From Phoronis australis (taxonomy: Eukaryota > Animalia > Phoronida): a DNA stretch of 64,000 nucleotides. The stretch spans positions 208,702 to 272,701 of the forward strand of contig NMRA01000405.1 in NCBI GenBank assembly GCA_002633005.1. The letters are read 5' to 3'. The position numbers were made by a program, and so were the translations under genes. Numbering within the stretch: the stretch's first letter is position 1; each line of letters begins with the position of its first letter. The notes beneath the pieces were generated by a model. The model worked only from the letters and a program-made list of their open reading frames with translations, was not told the DNA's origin and did no database searches. Below, piece by piece: positions 26,801 to 40,398 of the stretch.

Positions 26801-28189
26801 CTAAAACCTGCGCTCGAGAATTCATGAATTTTTTGCAGCGGTTGGTCCGCACCTCCCGGCCAACTAACAACTACAAAATGGCAGCCATAGCCGCCCTATG
26901 GCATGTGAACTTCGTGTGAAACCCAACAAATATGCAAAATGACTATGTCAATAAAACGCATTCAAACCGAAAGTAATTGCTTGTATAATACGTCCTCTGC
27001 TTGAGAAAATGTATTCAGGACAAAAAGTGAGGTGCCTCGACAAAAATACCGCCTTATCCGCCATCATGAAACGAGTGCGATTGAAACTGGATGTGGTTCT
27101 ATTTTCCAGCCTAACGTATTGAAAATGCGGGTTTTAAATGAGTTCTCATTCTTAAAACACAATGTCTGCCACGTACGCCATCTTGGTTCGTGCAAAAAAC
27201 AAAAGGCTTTGAGACATGAAGAAATTCCAATTGGAGTGTGATTTCCTGTCAATCAGACAAGAAATGCGGGCTGTAGGAGCGTGCGAACAAACAAAAAAAT
27301 TTACGACTGATACGACCAGAGTAACATACTTGTCGAAATTAATTTTGCCAAGTATTAAAGGTTTCACCCCAAAACGTGACTACAACAATGGTCAAAGAGG
27401 GTGTAACATCAGCTGGTTATAAGTCTATTCCATCTAAGCTGGTGAATGACATCGGCACAGCCGGTGGTTACTCCTATAGAAGTTGTAAGCTAGTGAGTTT
27501 TCGTGACTAGTTTCACTACGACAAAACTCCCTACGTTTAGACACTTTCTGACAAAATTACAAAGCATGAACTAAAACAACGATTTTCAAAGACGGTCTTG
27601 CATCAGCTGATTATTCAATCTATTCCGTCTAAGCTGGCAAATGAGATCGGCACAGCCGGGGGTTACTCCAATAGAAGATGCAATCTGGAGATTTTTCATG
27701 ACTAGTTTACCAACGAAAATCTGCTTTTTCTGACAACATTCCCTAGGAGGGGGCACTTTCTGACAAAACTGCTTACACAATATTCACTGTGGCAGTTAAA
27801 AATTTACAACTACAAAAATCTACAACACGCTGTTCACAATACTGCCTATATTTTAAACGTTGAGCCTTTTAATGCAAACGACGTACGATAACATGGCATT
27901 TTTCTTTCTCTGTTTCATGCTTAGTGAGCAAAAATTTAAGCGTCTATTCCTATCAAAAAGCTTGGTTTATGGATTTATAAAAGGTGTCGGGTTTCTGGCC
28001 GGGATCGAAACCTTTAAAAACGGTCCCATATTTCGAGTCTAAATGGTTAGGTACCAGGATTTTCCCACTGAGACACCCACCAAAATATGATTGAGTATCT
28101 TCAGGCCACCACCCAACGTACAGTGCTGAATAAACACTGATAACTGCAAACATTTCAAGAACACTGAACTTGTCTGCCTTTAAACTTAC

Positions 28190-28229
28190 ACAGTTTAACA
28201 TTCTCGATGTCATCATTGGTCTTCTCCAT
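28190..28229 (-). CDS. SAM-dependent methyltransferase, exon 1 (start); resembles sarcosine/dimethylglycine N-methyltransferase-type small-molecule methyltransferases
   Basis: ATG GAG AAG...AAA CTG T|gtaagt gives MEKTNDDIENVKL(Y). Joined CDS: 28229-28190, 21890-21853, 20640-20528, 19308-19112, 16949-16841, 14672-14537, open throughout (211 codons). Confidence 0.8.
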
Positions 28230-28265
28230 CACGTGACTGTCACAATTATCAGTTTTGATTGGCGA
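28230..28265 (-). promoter_or_regulatory. Candidate proximal elements of the methyltransferase gene (E-box, CCAAT)
   Basis: CACGTG lies immediately upstream of the ATG, and an ATTGG (CCAAT on the minus strand) about 30 bp upstream. Motif presence only. Confidence 0.3.
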
Positions 28266-31200
28266 ACAGTCCTTTCAACACGGCCTTTGATTGATTTAAA
28301 CTTCTGACTGTATTGTGACAGTGACTTTAAGTATACCTTTAGCTGACCTGGTCAGAACTGAAAAAAAAAACTGAAACAGAGCCGGGGTTCGTGTATTCCA
28401 CAGGTGCAAGTCAGTCCCAAGAAGAGCTAGTGTGATCAGGTGTTTTGAGTTCGTACAAAAATAGGACCGAAAATGCCAACAATGAGTTCGAGTTCGAGCA
28501 GACAGAATAGATCCCGGCATCAGGTTTATTTTTGCTTTCTAAGCGGGATAGAAATGGGGTCGAAAACTTCACCACCCTGACCCTGTGCTGATGCAAATTT
28601 GGTAACACCGTTGTGAAAAATTCGGTAGGTACCAAACCCATACCAATTTTTAAAACTGACGTGCTTCTAGCAGTTGACAATAACTTGAGTTGGTACATAC
28701 CGAATGAGCGCAAGGATTTTCTAATGATTTGGTATATTTTCAATACCTAAATTAAGGTACAGATTTGGTACGTACCGAACAGCGACCAAACATGCACCAA
28801 ACATCTATTTGGTATAAATTTGGTGTGTACCAAATACATGTTCATATTTACTACGCCTGTAAGATTCAACAATGCATGCTCAAAAACACATTGTTGGAGC
28901 AAAACAAACAGGTTCGGGGGGCTTTACTCTTTATTTACATAATATGTTGCGGTAGTAGGAGGCGTGATAGTAGTAGTAGTTGTAGTATTCGTAGTAGGTA
29001 AAGCCAATATCGCCCCAAGTCCAACCAAAATTCCGAAGAAACTAATTATGTACATTGACGTTTATCCACCATAAAACGTTTGTGGAATGGCGTTCAAATA
29101 GAGCGGTACCAGAATAAATAGTCAGAGAGAGAGCGACATCTGGCGCAAGAACTACACTGTAGAAAGTCCTCTACATGGCGGGAAAAAAGTGTATTCGTAC
29201 GCCCAATCGGAATAACATAACGTAACGTAACATTGCAGTCTGCAGTAACACACATGAAAAGCAAATAATTAACAAACAAGTAATAAAGTCTCATGATTAA
29301 GAAGGGAGAATAAAACCGTTTTCGGTTATAATTTAGCCGCGCTTACTTCTTGCAGAATAAAAGGAGTATGATTGAGGGGTACACTTTTCGTCTTATTCTG
29401 CCAGCATATAATTTCTTTAAATTTTTAGAATTCATGTCAACGTAAATTTTAAGTGACATCTATTTTCGAGTTTGAAAATAGCATTTAAAAATCTGCAAAA
29501 CAGCAGAACTACAGACCAAACATGAGACTAAAAAAACAGAAATTTATTATTTTTCGAAAATCCCACCACCCAATGTATTTTTATTCATTTAAGGTTTTGC
29601 ATGACCTTAGAAAAATGTCCCATGGTGGCCAACTTCGGAACATCGTATCTCAGAGTTAAATTCTATAGTTTTGTAGATATTCAATAAGGTACTACGTAAC
29701 CTTAATCAGTGACCTCCTTCTCGACCACACGTTCAAATATACACCAAAATCTCGCTACTTCTCGACCACACGTTCAAATATACTCGCTGCATGCATTACT
29801 AACACTTGTTAGGATGAGGGCAACACATCAGAGAACTGAGACAAAGACTGTTTTTCTGTAGACACCACATTTACAGCACCATTTACAGACACTTAAGTCT
29901 CACTGGACTACCAACGGCATTAAAAATTTTCTTGCGTGCCTTAGTGGGGATTTTCAAAAAAAGTTTGAGACCTTTGCTGAAATCGATGCGGGCAGGTGCT
30001 ATTTATTTAATCAGCGAGCTAAGCACTCTGCCTCAGAGTTTCTGAGACAGTAGAAGTACCGGTTAGAACAAAATCTCATCATTGCTACTGTTGCTTCAAA
30101 ACATTTAAGACTGTACCAATAACTTGAGTTGGTACATACCGAATGAACGCAAGACTGTGATACTGTGGAAGGAGGAGGGCACTTTGACCTTATTATGCAG
30201 AATTTCATTTTCATTTCCAGTCCCACTAACCAACATGCCTCATTAAATTTAAGGAAAATCCTGAAAACCCCACCTGAAACGACCAAGGTGGATTTTTTCG
30301 CCGATATAAGTAGTCAATTAAAAGTAACACGCCACCGCGTCGAATTTCAAAATAACCAAACACCAGAACCATGTGTATTTTTCGCATGGTGAAGTAAACA
30401 AATTCAGTTTTACAATGCGCTTTCATGGGCACTCCACAACAAAATGCAGATTTCTGAAAAAAAAACGAATAAATGACAAAAGCAGCACTTGGTCATGAAT
30501 TTACACGTCATCAATGCCTGGATTTTGCAAGAGTACTTTATGTCCAGGCGCAGACGGACGCACACTTGTAGAAACATTCAATTTCTGCTAATTATAATTT
30601 TGTGAACAGACTGCAAACGTTTCTTTCTAAAACATTCTACAAATGTCTTGCGGCAGGCAAAATCTTGAAAATTTTGTCGTTGCAAGTCTGCCAACTATTT
30701 GCTAATTTGATATGTTTGCTTGATTGACCCTGATTGACCGGTCGCTGTAATTCAAAACATACTGATGTTAGCGCAGGTCAACTACCAACATGGCCGACAT
30801 TAACTTAGTGGGTCTCTGGTGCTTGAACTTGGAATTCTGCTTGATCTCAATTCCTGGATTACCTGAGGAACCATAGCAAGTTCACACAAATAATCACGTT
30901 CGCGTTGATAAAAAATTGCATGGTACTTAAGCAAATCACATGTTCATAAAATAATGTAAATTTTAAGCAATCTTTACTGTTTTTTTCATCAATTGCTGAT
31001 CTTTTTCGCCTAAACAAGTTCCGGGAAAAGAGTAAATGGGTGATCGCGGTGTGGGGCCAATAATAGCAAAACTTCTTTACACTGAACAACAAATTTCCTT
31101 TGAATATACAATGCCAAATTCACGTATACGCGATCTTGAGCATAAGTGTAATTATATGGCTGTGTAAGTCCACGGTAATTCCAAGTTCAAGCTCAACAGA

Positions 31201-31854
31201 TGGATCAACTAGTAGTGATACTACATGCACGCGATGCATCACCACGTTACGTGGTTAATTCTGTCCCTCATTTGCTACAATACTTCTCTGTCCTATCAGC
31301 GAGGGAACAGAGAGCTGGGTCAGTGCTTCGTTTGTACAGCGGTAGAAGTAGGCCTAATGATCTATGGTCAGGACTGACAGATCGATCGCCCTTCAGGTTA
31401 CCTGGCTACCTTTCACCCAAGTTGGCTCTTCTTTGAAACTGATGTCCGTTCCCGCACTTTGGCACACTACGATAAGACGGCTTAACCAACACGACTGCTT
31501 CCACTGAGGAAAGCTTTACAGAATGTAGTTCATGCCCTGATTTCTGTCTGGGCATCCTGACCTAACCTGACCTTCTTTCCGCTTTGAGCTTGTAGCTTCT
31601 GCGCTGTAGACTGCATGACTCGATATTATCTTGACGTAACGTGCTTCCAATAGATTTTTCTTTGTTCAGTCTGATCTTCATTTTATTCAATCTGATCTTA
31701 ATTTTTGTTATACAGCGACATAAAACCATAAAACAAAGTTGAGTTTGACAATAGAAGAAAGATGTAAGCTATTTGTGTACTGGCATTACAATACGGATGT
31801 CATCATTTCCCAAATGCAATGACCCAGAACCAAAATTTTTGCATTCATTCTTAA

Positions 31855-32331
31855 AGAAGCATGCCACCCCAAAACAACCTATTTTGTATCAAATTAGATC
31901 GAGTGATTCTACTCGATAACGGTACGTTCGGTTGCGTTACCCGACGGCAGACGAGCCAATGACGTCATTGGTTTCACTCACAGTCTGTTCAGCAGTTCAC
32001 AACATGGGTTACTGGTGTTAGCTTATCGCTTGAATTCATCGTTTAACACCAATAAATTGCCAAAGTTCGTTGCAAAACCCTTAAAAATACACCGAGTTCT
32101 CATAAAAACGTGTTGATTTATTTCGCTGTTACTGATTTATTGGTATTTGGACACACCACAGCCTACAAAGTTCGGCAGGCCATTTTACCAAGGTCCATAG
32201 CAGGAGTTTGGGGTCTGTTCGGAGATAAATTCGAAGAATATTTCCGTGAAATACATACAGGAGAACCTAGATCTGTTTTGTTAAGACTTGCGATAAAAAA
32301 AAAAACTAATTAAATCGGGAGGCATTCTCCT
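31855..32331. mobile_element. Kolobok-type MITE
   Basis: TTAA|agaagcatgccacc ... ggaggcattctcct|TTAA. The interior is homologous (inverted) to about 60890-61290, and the ends match those of 58076-63701. Confidence 0.8.
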
Positions 32332-32689
32332 TTAAACGCACAACATATCTAGATAGATTGGCTATCACATGACTTTGTATATGTGTGGCAGGTCGGCCAT
32401 TTTGTTGTGTGAAACCAAGTGTGATTGATCATGCACGTCGGTGGGCTAAAAGGCCTGACCTTTGAAACCGTTAGGCTGATTTTGATGAAATACGTACCAA
32501 TTTTATACTTGTATTTCCGTACACATTCCAAGGATATCACTTTCGGAATATTACCATTAAATCCTCTCGAGTCCTTAATTTAGTTGTCCTGCTACTGCTC
32601 AGCGTTTGTTCCTTATATGTCTTTGCTTACAGAGAGCTTTCACACAACATTATGGCGCCACGTGAGACACGTGGTTTTACAACAATTTA

Positions 32690-33300
32690 CAATAGAACGC
32701 CCTATCTCTTTCCCTCTCCTTACCCCCCCCCNCCCATCTCCCGCCTCTCTCTTTCTGACCATAAATAACTTTCAAAATTTAAATGAAGAAATTTTTATTT
32801 TTCTAAACATTAGTGTGGCTTCAGAAAATTTCACTATAGAAAATTTGCTTCACTTGAGCTTTTATGTCACACTTGTGTCCATCTTGATAGCGATAAAAAT
32901 CCCCTGGTCATATTTCTCCTTCTATCAAAAGCTATCGACACAACACACCACCAAATACTCTCACAGGAGATGATTCACTACGGTATATTTAGAGGTGAAA
33001 ATAAAATTTTTAATAGTTATCTCTCAAACCGGACCCATTTTATTCCACTGAAGGACACCACTTCCATTAGCTTACCGATATCCACCGGAGTCCCCAAGGC
33101 TCACCACTTTTCTTCTTTAGATCAATGATCTCCCAGATTCGTCTCCCATGTACTCACTACTCTATGCCAACGAAACTTGTCTTGTCACGCCTTAACCTCT
33201 CGCTGAATCATCTCAACACAGTTATCAACAACCATCTACCATTAAGAACAACCTTGAATCTCTTGCAGCCTGTTTTTCCCTAAACAAACCTTAAATAATC
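32690..33300 (+). mobile_element. Decayed CR1/L2-type LINE reverse transcriptase fragment
   Basis: Remnants IFLLLSKAIDTTHHQIL, YGI.RG...SYLSNRT, GVPQGS, INDLP and LYANET match FLDLSKAFD / GVPQGS / YADD. The left boundary is approximate. Confidence 0.75.
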
Positions 33301-33308
33301 ACACACAC

Positions 33309-33873
33309 AATACGTACCGAGAGTGGCGTAGATGAAGAAATATACCACGAGACATTATTCCGCATACCGACCGAGACCGAGGTACGTTTTGTATTTATCC
33401 CATGCGCTTCGAATTCCTAAGTTTCTTTCATTTTTCGGCAGATTTTTAAAAATACTTCACCCACACTGTTCACGTGGCGGATCACATCCAAAATGTATAT
33501 ACTTGCGCGATAGGTTACAAGTTTTCTCTAGTAAAAGAAACAGTCTTAAATGTAACGATTCCTTCCTGGAAACGAGATAACAAAGATGAAAACAAAGGTA
33601 GTCGTGCATTGAACTTATATTTGACATTGTAGTTACCGAGGTTGGGACCTAACTGCATGTCGAGTGATATTTATACTGATGCAGTTGTATTACTATAAAC
33701 TATATTCGGAAAATTTGATGATCGAACCGGCTAACGACGTCGAGTAGAAATTGACCTACTTTTTGAACTTTCCATGTCAGAGGGAACTGTTGAAGTAGTG
33801 CAGGAGGTGAATACGGAAAACAATATCACATGGCCGTATCGCATTCGACTGATTCAACGGGTATGGGATAAAT
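33309..33873 (-). mobile_element. Crypton-like non-autonomous element (uninterrupted copy)
   Basis: Homologous to 2030-2230 (inverted) and to 57540-58071 plus 63706-63886. Subterminal IR ttatcccatgcg / gtatgggataa. Confidence 0.6.
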
Positions 33874-33981
33874 CAAGAAGTAAATTAATAATCTTCCACT
33901 ACACCCAAAAGAAAGCTGACAAATGTATTATTCTCACCATTTATAAATGTGTAATTCTTACACCGGCGTGGAAATGTACAT

Positions 33982-34147
33982 CGCAAACATTTTTAGTCTA
34001 GTCAGCACGCCACCTGGCCACATCACGTGACCTAATATACGGTTAGCAGAAAGTCCCGGCTGGGGCAGAACTCTTTCCAGACTTATATTCATTAGGTCAC
34101 CTGATATGGCCACAGGTGGCGTGCTGATCAGACTTAAAATGTTTGCG
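33982..34147. repeat. Short foldback (MITE-like hairpin)
   Basis: cgcaaacatttttagtctagtcagcacgccacctggccacatcacgtgacctaat pairs with attaggtcacctgatatggccacaggtggcgtgctgatcagacttaaaatgtttgcg. Confidence 0.7.
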
Positions 34148-34259
34148 TTCTCACCATTTATAGTAATTGCAAAACAATCAGTCCTTTCCTTGGTATTACC
34201 GTTAACGAAAACTTTCAGGGTGCCCCACATTTACCTCATTTCAAACAAACTTAACTCGG

Positions 34260-36119
34260 TGGACTCATATATAAATTGAAATCCTATCTTCTCCTCTAAG
34301 CTCTCAAGTTCACATTTGAACTATGACATCACAACGTGTGGTTTGGGGAACACAAAGAAACTGTAAACAGCTCAGAAGAGAATCGTTCCTAATTTCAGTT
34401 TTAGTGCTCACACTCTACCCATATGGAAGAAACCCCACCTCTCTTCATTTCAAGGCATCTTTAAAATCTCAACTGCAAAATTTCACTATAAACTTCAAAA
34501 TAATGAGCTACCAAAGTATGTTTGCACTAACAACTTCTTTATTGAATATTTAAACCAACCAGACACATTAAAACTCCTACGTACTTGAATCAATATTCGA
34601 TCGCTATTCGAACAATACAACCCAAAATTTTAATCCTCCATCCAATAAATTGCCATCAAGAGCATATGTCGGATTTGCAATATCTCGTCTTCTTAACCAC
34701 AAGTAATCTCGGCTCCAAATAGAATAAAATAACAATCTCTGCAAGCATTCTTCAGGTATTTAATCATATTGACGCTACATTCAAACGGCCTGACATCACA
34801 ATATTCTAAGAGAAGACAAAGACTATCATCATAATTGAATTGACAGTGCCACCAGAAGAAAATCTGTCCAACGCATATGTAGGTTTGGTCACACATTGCA
34901 TAAATCATGGTTGGGAAACCCACTTCTTTCCTGTCTAAGTCAGCAGTGGCTTCTACAATGACTCAGCCAGATTACGCCTTATGGCTCTTGGCCTCTCTAA
35001 GGACCTGAGAAAGTCAACCCAAGAGATCTGCAGTAAAGTGGCCCTCCCCGCAAGCTATCACATGTGGATCAACAGGTCGAGTAATTCATTTCACAGAGAG
35101 CAGCTGGCAGAAGAACGAGAAGATGCGAGGGAAGAGGTATGGCTGAGTTCTCGCAAAACTGGTTTAACCCACCGATGTCAGGCCCATAGTCCAGAGACCT
35201 CGCAACTTCCCATCCCTTCGGATGTCAACGTAGAATCAACTGTTTCACCGACTATGTTGATACTCCACAACCCTGGCAACTTGTACTATGGCAACTCAGT
35301 GTTGCATGTTCTAAGACATGTACCAGGCTTCAAAGATACCATTCGTGAAATAAAGACAACGCCAACACAGAAAGATTTTTCGAGTGCAAGTACAGAACTT
35401 CTAGATCGAAGAAGAGCCCACAAAAGCTGATTTGGTCCATTCATGACTATTTTCCACACTACGGCAATGAAAGACAAGAGGACTGTCATGAATTCCGGAG
35501 TGCCATACTGAACAGTATGAAAATGGAAATGAAAGTCTCCACCATCACTGACCAATGAAAGGACTTTTTCTAACAGAGGTGTCTCAGTTGTGGCAACTCT
35601 CGGTACATTGAAGAGCCTTTCCTCATCACAATTCCCTAATCAACTACATCTTGCTACTGGGCCACGTCAACTACTCAACATCTCTGAAATGATGAATGAG
35701 TTCGCCAGAAGTAAAGGATTGGCTGACAACACCCCTTCATGTCAACTGAAGCAGTTCAACAGCCACATGTATTTCAGACATCGTCACCTACATATGTCTT
35801 CATCGTCCATTTGCAAACTATGAAGCGCATTGAAAAGATACAGGCGTATGTAGATTTTGATAAGAAGATGAATTTTCAACCGCAGTGTCGCACTTCCAAC
35901 TCCACAAGCTCTGACGGGTCCTACTTCCTTGTGGCAGTGATTGCCAACCACGGTGAATCCTTAGATTCTGGCCATTTATCCAAAAATGGCTCCGACAGAA
36001 TCTTTAATTGCTTCTTTGAGGAGGTACAGAAAAGTTAAGTAAACTACGTCCTAGTAAACCTCTACAACGGCTCATCTACACTTACACCGAAGCCTGAGAA
36101 GATCCTATACAGGCAAGAA

Positions 36120-36121
<2 letters not shown>
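34260..36121 (+). pseudogene. Decayed RLE-type (Hero/R2-group-like) non-LTR retrotransposon 3' part fused to a USP (peptidase C19) domain
   Basis: Frame 1 reads RPDITIF*EKTKTIIIIELTVPPEEN...GWETHFFPV*VSSGF...ALPASYHMWINR and continues to LHNPGNLYYGNSVLHVLRHVPGF (Cys box). Frame 3 reads QEDCHEF (from ~35475) and YFLVAVIANHGESLDSGH (His box, ~35920-35975). A degraded zinc-knuckle-like region lies at about 34320-34460. Confidence 0.75.
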
Positions 36122-36181
<60 letters not shown>

Positions 36182-36370
36182 TTCAGTGAAAAGTAAGCTG
36201 TTCTTGGCTTTAATTAGTTTGTACAACAAACTTTCGCAGTGTCTACACAATTGTCTTTCATCAGATGGTAGTTGATATAATAGATCGCCCAGTGTAAGTG
36301 GCATCACGAACACATATATGAGTAAATATATAATAAAACTCTGTACAAAACATATCATAATAAAACAGTA

Positions 36371-36404
36371 GCGGTACTTCTACTATACATCAGTCATCAA
36401 AGGC
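36371..36404 (-). ncRNA. Heavily degenerate minimal hammerhead remnant in the 3' pseudo-LTR
   Basis: gc-CTTTGA-T-GACT-gatgtat-AGTA-GAAG-TA-CC-gc has the same layout and position as the motif at 40734, but several core bases are mutated. Confidence 0.35.
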
Positions 36405-36959
36405 AAATAAATTTTAGAATCATAACCGCTATCGTGTAAGATACATGAAACAAGAACAATGACATTAAACACGAATATAAGGATGCATATATAAGAGCGC
36501 AATTACAGAAGGAATTGTCATGGAAACTAATGTACTATGAAACGTTGTAAAATTTAATAAAATACATAGGTGATACAACTTATGGACAGTATCTTGGGAA
36601 TTTATGTCAGGAGTTTCAGTTTTTATTATTAAAGCTTCGAGTATTTTCAAACGAAAGGAGTCACGTTTGAAATACCTGACGATGGTATTGTCAACAATAT
36701 CTGAACGAGAAATTTTCTATTTGTGGAGTTGGAAGTGATCTTTAATTTATCCATTCTGCAAATGCATAGATAACCGGCGAGATAAAGTGCAAGTTGTATA
36801 ACCAACATACCAATCAGTGTTTGAACGAATGCATTCGTTGTGGGCACAACTGAACTGATAAATCAAGTCATTTTTGACTAACACTCGGACAGACTTTGAG
36901 CAAATATTGTTTTTAACAACAAGATCTTTAGTTTTATGGTTTTGGTAATATATAATTAA

Positions 36960-38749
36960 AGTCCTTCTCTCACGCGTTGTTAACCCTTATTACATGGTTA
37001 GAGGATGTTATAAGGATCCAAGAAGTACCTACCCCATAACTAATACACGATCCGTACTCGAAAAAAGTTTAAATGAACGCGCCGCTCACGATTCGCACCC
37101 GAAGAACCACCGCCATTTTGAACTTGCCGCGAACCCGCAAGTACAATTCATTCAGGAACCCAGGCCGAGAAAACGCCGTCAGTGCGACTGGAGCAGTGCC
37201 TGTACTGTTACCAGCCAGCACACGGGGATAAAATAATCAACAGCGCGCCTTAATTTTAATAAAATCAAACTACGGACGATTTTATCGAATTTGCTGAAGA
37301 AATGTGGCGAATAAATTTTGACAGAAATTATTTTGCCAGACTCGGGACCGCAGCCTATAGGACCCGGTGCGGATCGAGACGAGACACTGGCGAACGGTAA
37401 ATGCATGCGGTTGCAAGCTGTTTTGTCGAAGTAAAATGGTCAAATCATAAATGGTCAAATGATACCAGAATTTGACAAGCATCATTAAAAAAATATGAAG
37501 TTGCAAGGAACAAGAAATAGAGGCTCGAAGCTTCACAATCCAACATAGCATATTTCTCAAATTATGATTATTCATATTGTTGACTTCATAACCTGAATTA
37601 AGAAGCAATAAGTTACAAAACATGACTTGAAAGCAATTGAGACTTAAAATTCAGAAAAATATGAATCTTTTTGTGACACCGAATCAAGTCTTGAACAGCA
37701 GTTGACAGTCAAACAAAAAACCATTTCAAAATTATTTCAACTATTTTTTTAGCTTAGTGTAAGATCACCTGAATGGGAAATTTACAGTAAAATAATTCGA
37801 ATACATCTTATATTTTTGCACAAAAAAACATGAAAATTGAACGAAGTTTCTTTTTTGTAGCAACGTTTGTCAAAATGTATCAACGTTAAATCTTCCGAAA
37901 TTACAAAGTAGCCGATTGAACATGCCTTTCAGTTCAGCAAAAGTCGCCATGTTGTCTTTTTGAGTAACAACTGCGAGGCTGAAATTTGGTGAACACTGTT
38001 AAATCGTGCAGAATAGTAAGTAAAGATATGTCTAACTAAATTTCACCGTAATTTGTTGGCGAAAACAATTTACACAAAGTTTTAAACTCGTAACTTATCC
38101 AGCTGTCCTCCAATATGGCCGACGCGATCCAAACAAAGTGACCCAAATTTCGCCACAAAACTTGCAACAACTTTACACTGCTTGCCTCGATTTTGATACT
38201 TTTTCGATTTTTACTGAGTAAAATGCACCACCTTTCTGATGACAGCAAAGTACTTTTTCAAAACGAGAAAAAAAAATAAAACCGAAAAAAATAAGTTCGA
38301 CCCATATTGGTTCCTAGGTTCGACCGGCCTACGTAAGGAACTAAACACCAATGCTATTTTAACATACTAAGTACGCGTAACATTCCAAAAAACATCAACG
38401 ACCACTAACTACAAACTATAAATACACTACATATGCAAACGAATCATGAGATATTACTAACATAACAAAATAATGAAGATTTTTCGAGCAAGCGATAACA
38501 CATTCAGTTACAAGGAAAAAATGGCGGCTTTCAGGACAAGTTCCTGAACTGATGAGCCGGAAATGTGGGTACGGAAATAACCGATGACAACCGGTAATCA
38601 TACGCTCAGAGAGAAGGGTCAAATACTGTTCAAAAATCGCTTTTGGCAAGAAAGGCGAAAAGAATATAAAGAAAGGGTATCGAAAATAAGATTTATGTAG
38701 TAAGTATTTTCGGATACTGGAACCACATGGGCAGTTTGAGAGAAGGACT
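36960..38749. mobile_element. TTAA-target (Kolobok-type) TIR element inserted in the PLE RT-EN linker
   Basis: 13-bp TIR agtccttctctca / tgagagaaggact, TTAA TSD (36956-36959, 38750-38753). Excision restores the PLE frame SFKL|IIYYQN. Confidence 0.85.
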
Positions 38750-40300
38750 TTAACTTAAAGCTGTCTTCTGGCTTAACGGTCTTAACATTATTATGGATGA
38801 TCCGTTTTAAAACTCGTTCATCTTCAATAAAACGTGAATGAAATTGGTTGCGGTAGAATAGTTTCTTGGTACAATCACTTGCTTGTTTTTAACACATAGG
38901 CTTCTGCAACCGGCTTATCAAAAGCTTCATATTCTCATCAACAAACTTATTGCTGTAACCGTTATTTATCATAATTTGCTTAATGCGATTACACTCAGTG
39001 TTGAAGGTTTTCCAGTCTGAGCAAACGGAATATGCTCTTTTCAAAAAGCTTGTCAAAACAGAGAGTTTATATCTCAGAAGACATTGGCTAGTTTCATGTA
39101 AACAAACCCCATCATATGTAGGTTTCCTGCATACTGAGGTTTTAATGCCAGAATCATCATAATCAATTAGTACATCTAAGAACGGTAGCTTGTTGTTAAC
39201 TGGTAATTCATGCGTGAATTTTAATGCAGAATTTTGCTCTAAAGAGAGTTTGATCTCCATCAGCTTATCATGGATGACAATCATAAAGATATTATCAGCA
39301 TACCTGCAGTACATGTTCGGCTTTTCCTGAAGACCATCAATAACTTTAGCTTCAATGTTGCACATGTAAAAATCAGCAAAAGTTGGTCCGAGAGGTGATC
39401 CCATGGATACACCATTGGTTTGTAAATACAGTTTGCCATCGATGTTCCTAAAAGGTACTTTTGTAGTGCAAAGTAACAACAAATCTCGAATTACCTCTTT
39501 AGGAATACTGGGAGGAGCCATTGATACATGGTTGTACATAGAAGATATTATATATTTCTACAGTTTCAACAACAGGGACGTTAGTAAATAAACTTTCAAC
39601 GTCAAGAGATACAGGATAGGAATTTGGTGTTGCGTCAATAGATCTTAATAAATCTAAAAATTCATCACGAGATTTCACATTGTACTTATAGGGTAAGGAT
39701 TGTGTAATAAGTTTATCTAATGTTTTAGCAATTTCATAGGTAGGGGTTAACACTTGAGAAATGATGGGTCGTAGTGGGTACCCTTGCTTGTGTGTTTTAG
39801 GGTTACCGTACAAGTATCCTTCTGAAAAATCACCTTCAACAATTTTGAAATACCGTTTATGAACATTAGCTAGTTTAATTAAACGGTTTAACTCTTTCTT
39901 AAGATTATTTATGGGGTTACGATTTATACTCTCAAACTTTGACTTGTCAGCGATAATGTTATTCAACTTCTCTTTGTACTCGTTGTTATTCATTATGACA
40001 TACGCAGTTGTCTTATCGGACTTCCTAATAACAATGTCATCATTGTCCCTCAGTTGCTTGGCGGCAATACGAAGTTCTTTTGTTAATATTCTTGTGGAAT
40101 TTCTTGAATTGGATATGTTCTTTGTTCCTTCTGCCTTGAGCTGGTCTTTAATATTTGTATTAACATTGACAAAGGCATTTCTCTCAAGGTTTTCAACACG
40201 TTTTTTGACAAAAAATTATTTTCATCTTCTGTAAGTTGATGATCAGACAAATCCATGTATGTTTTCCGCTCTTGCGGTGTAACTATAGCACCTTTATATA

Positions 40301-40394
<94 letters not shown>

Positions 40395-40398
<4 letters not shown>

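Larger units (their letters stand above)
36122..40305 (-). mobile_element. Penelope-like retroelement (RT plus C-terminal GIY-YIG), bounded by (TA)n and interrupted by a TTAA element
   Basis: DLSDHQLTEDE, IRKSDKTTAYVIMN, YGNPKTHK...LRPIIS, SLDVESLFTNVP, QTNGVSMGSPLGPTFA, RYADN, LPFLDV (ORFs 39499-39993 and 38889-39539). GIY-YIG LIYQFSC...YVGYTTCTLSRRLSMH...LKILEALII at 36560-36880. The 3' pseudo-LTR carries N-terminal peptide MPLTLGDLLY and ends in (CA)n(TA)n. Confidence 0.9.

Noticed and set aside
36365-36432. SECIS-like hairpin (ATGA within a stem) in the PLE 3' region
   Set aside because: It lacks the matching GA quartet and apical AA geometry, and no in-frame TGA pattern suggests selenocysteine in this element.
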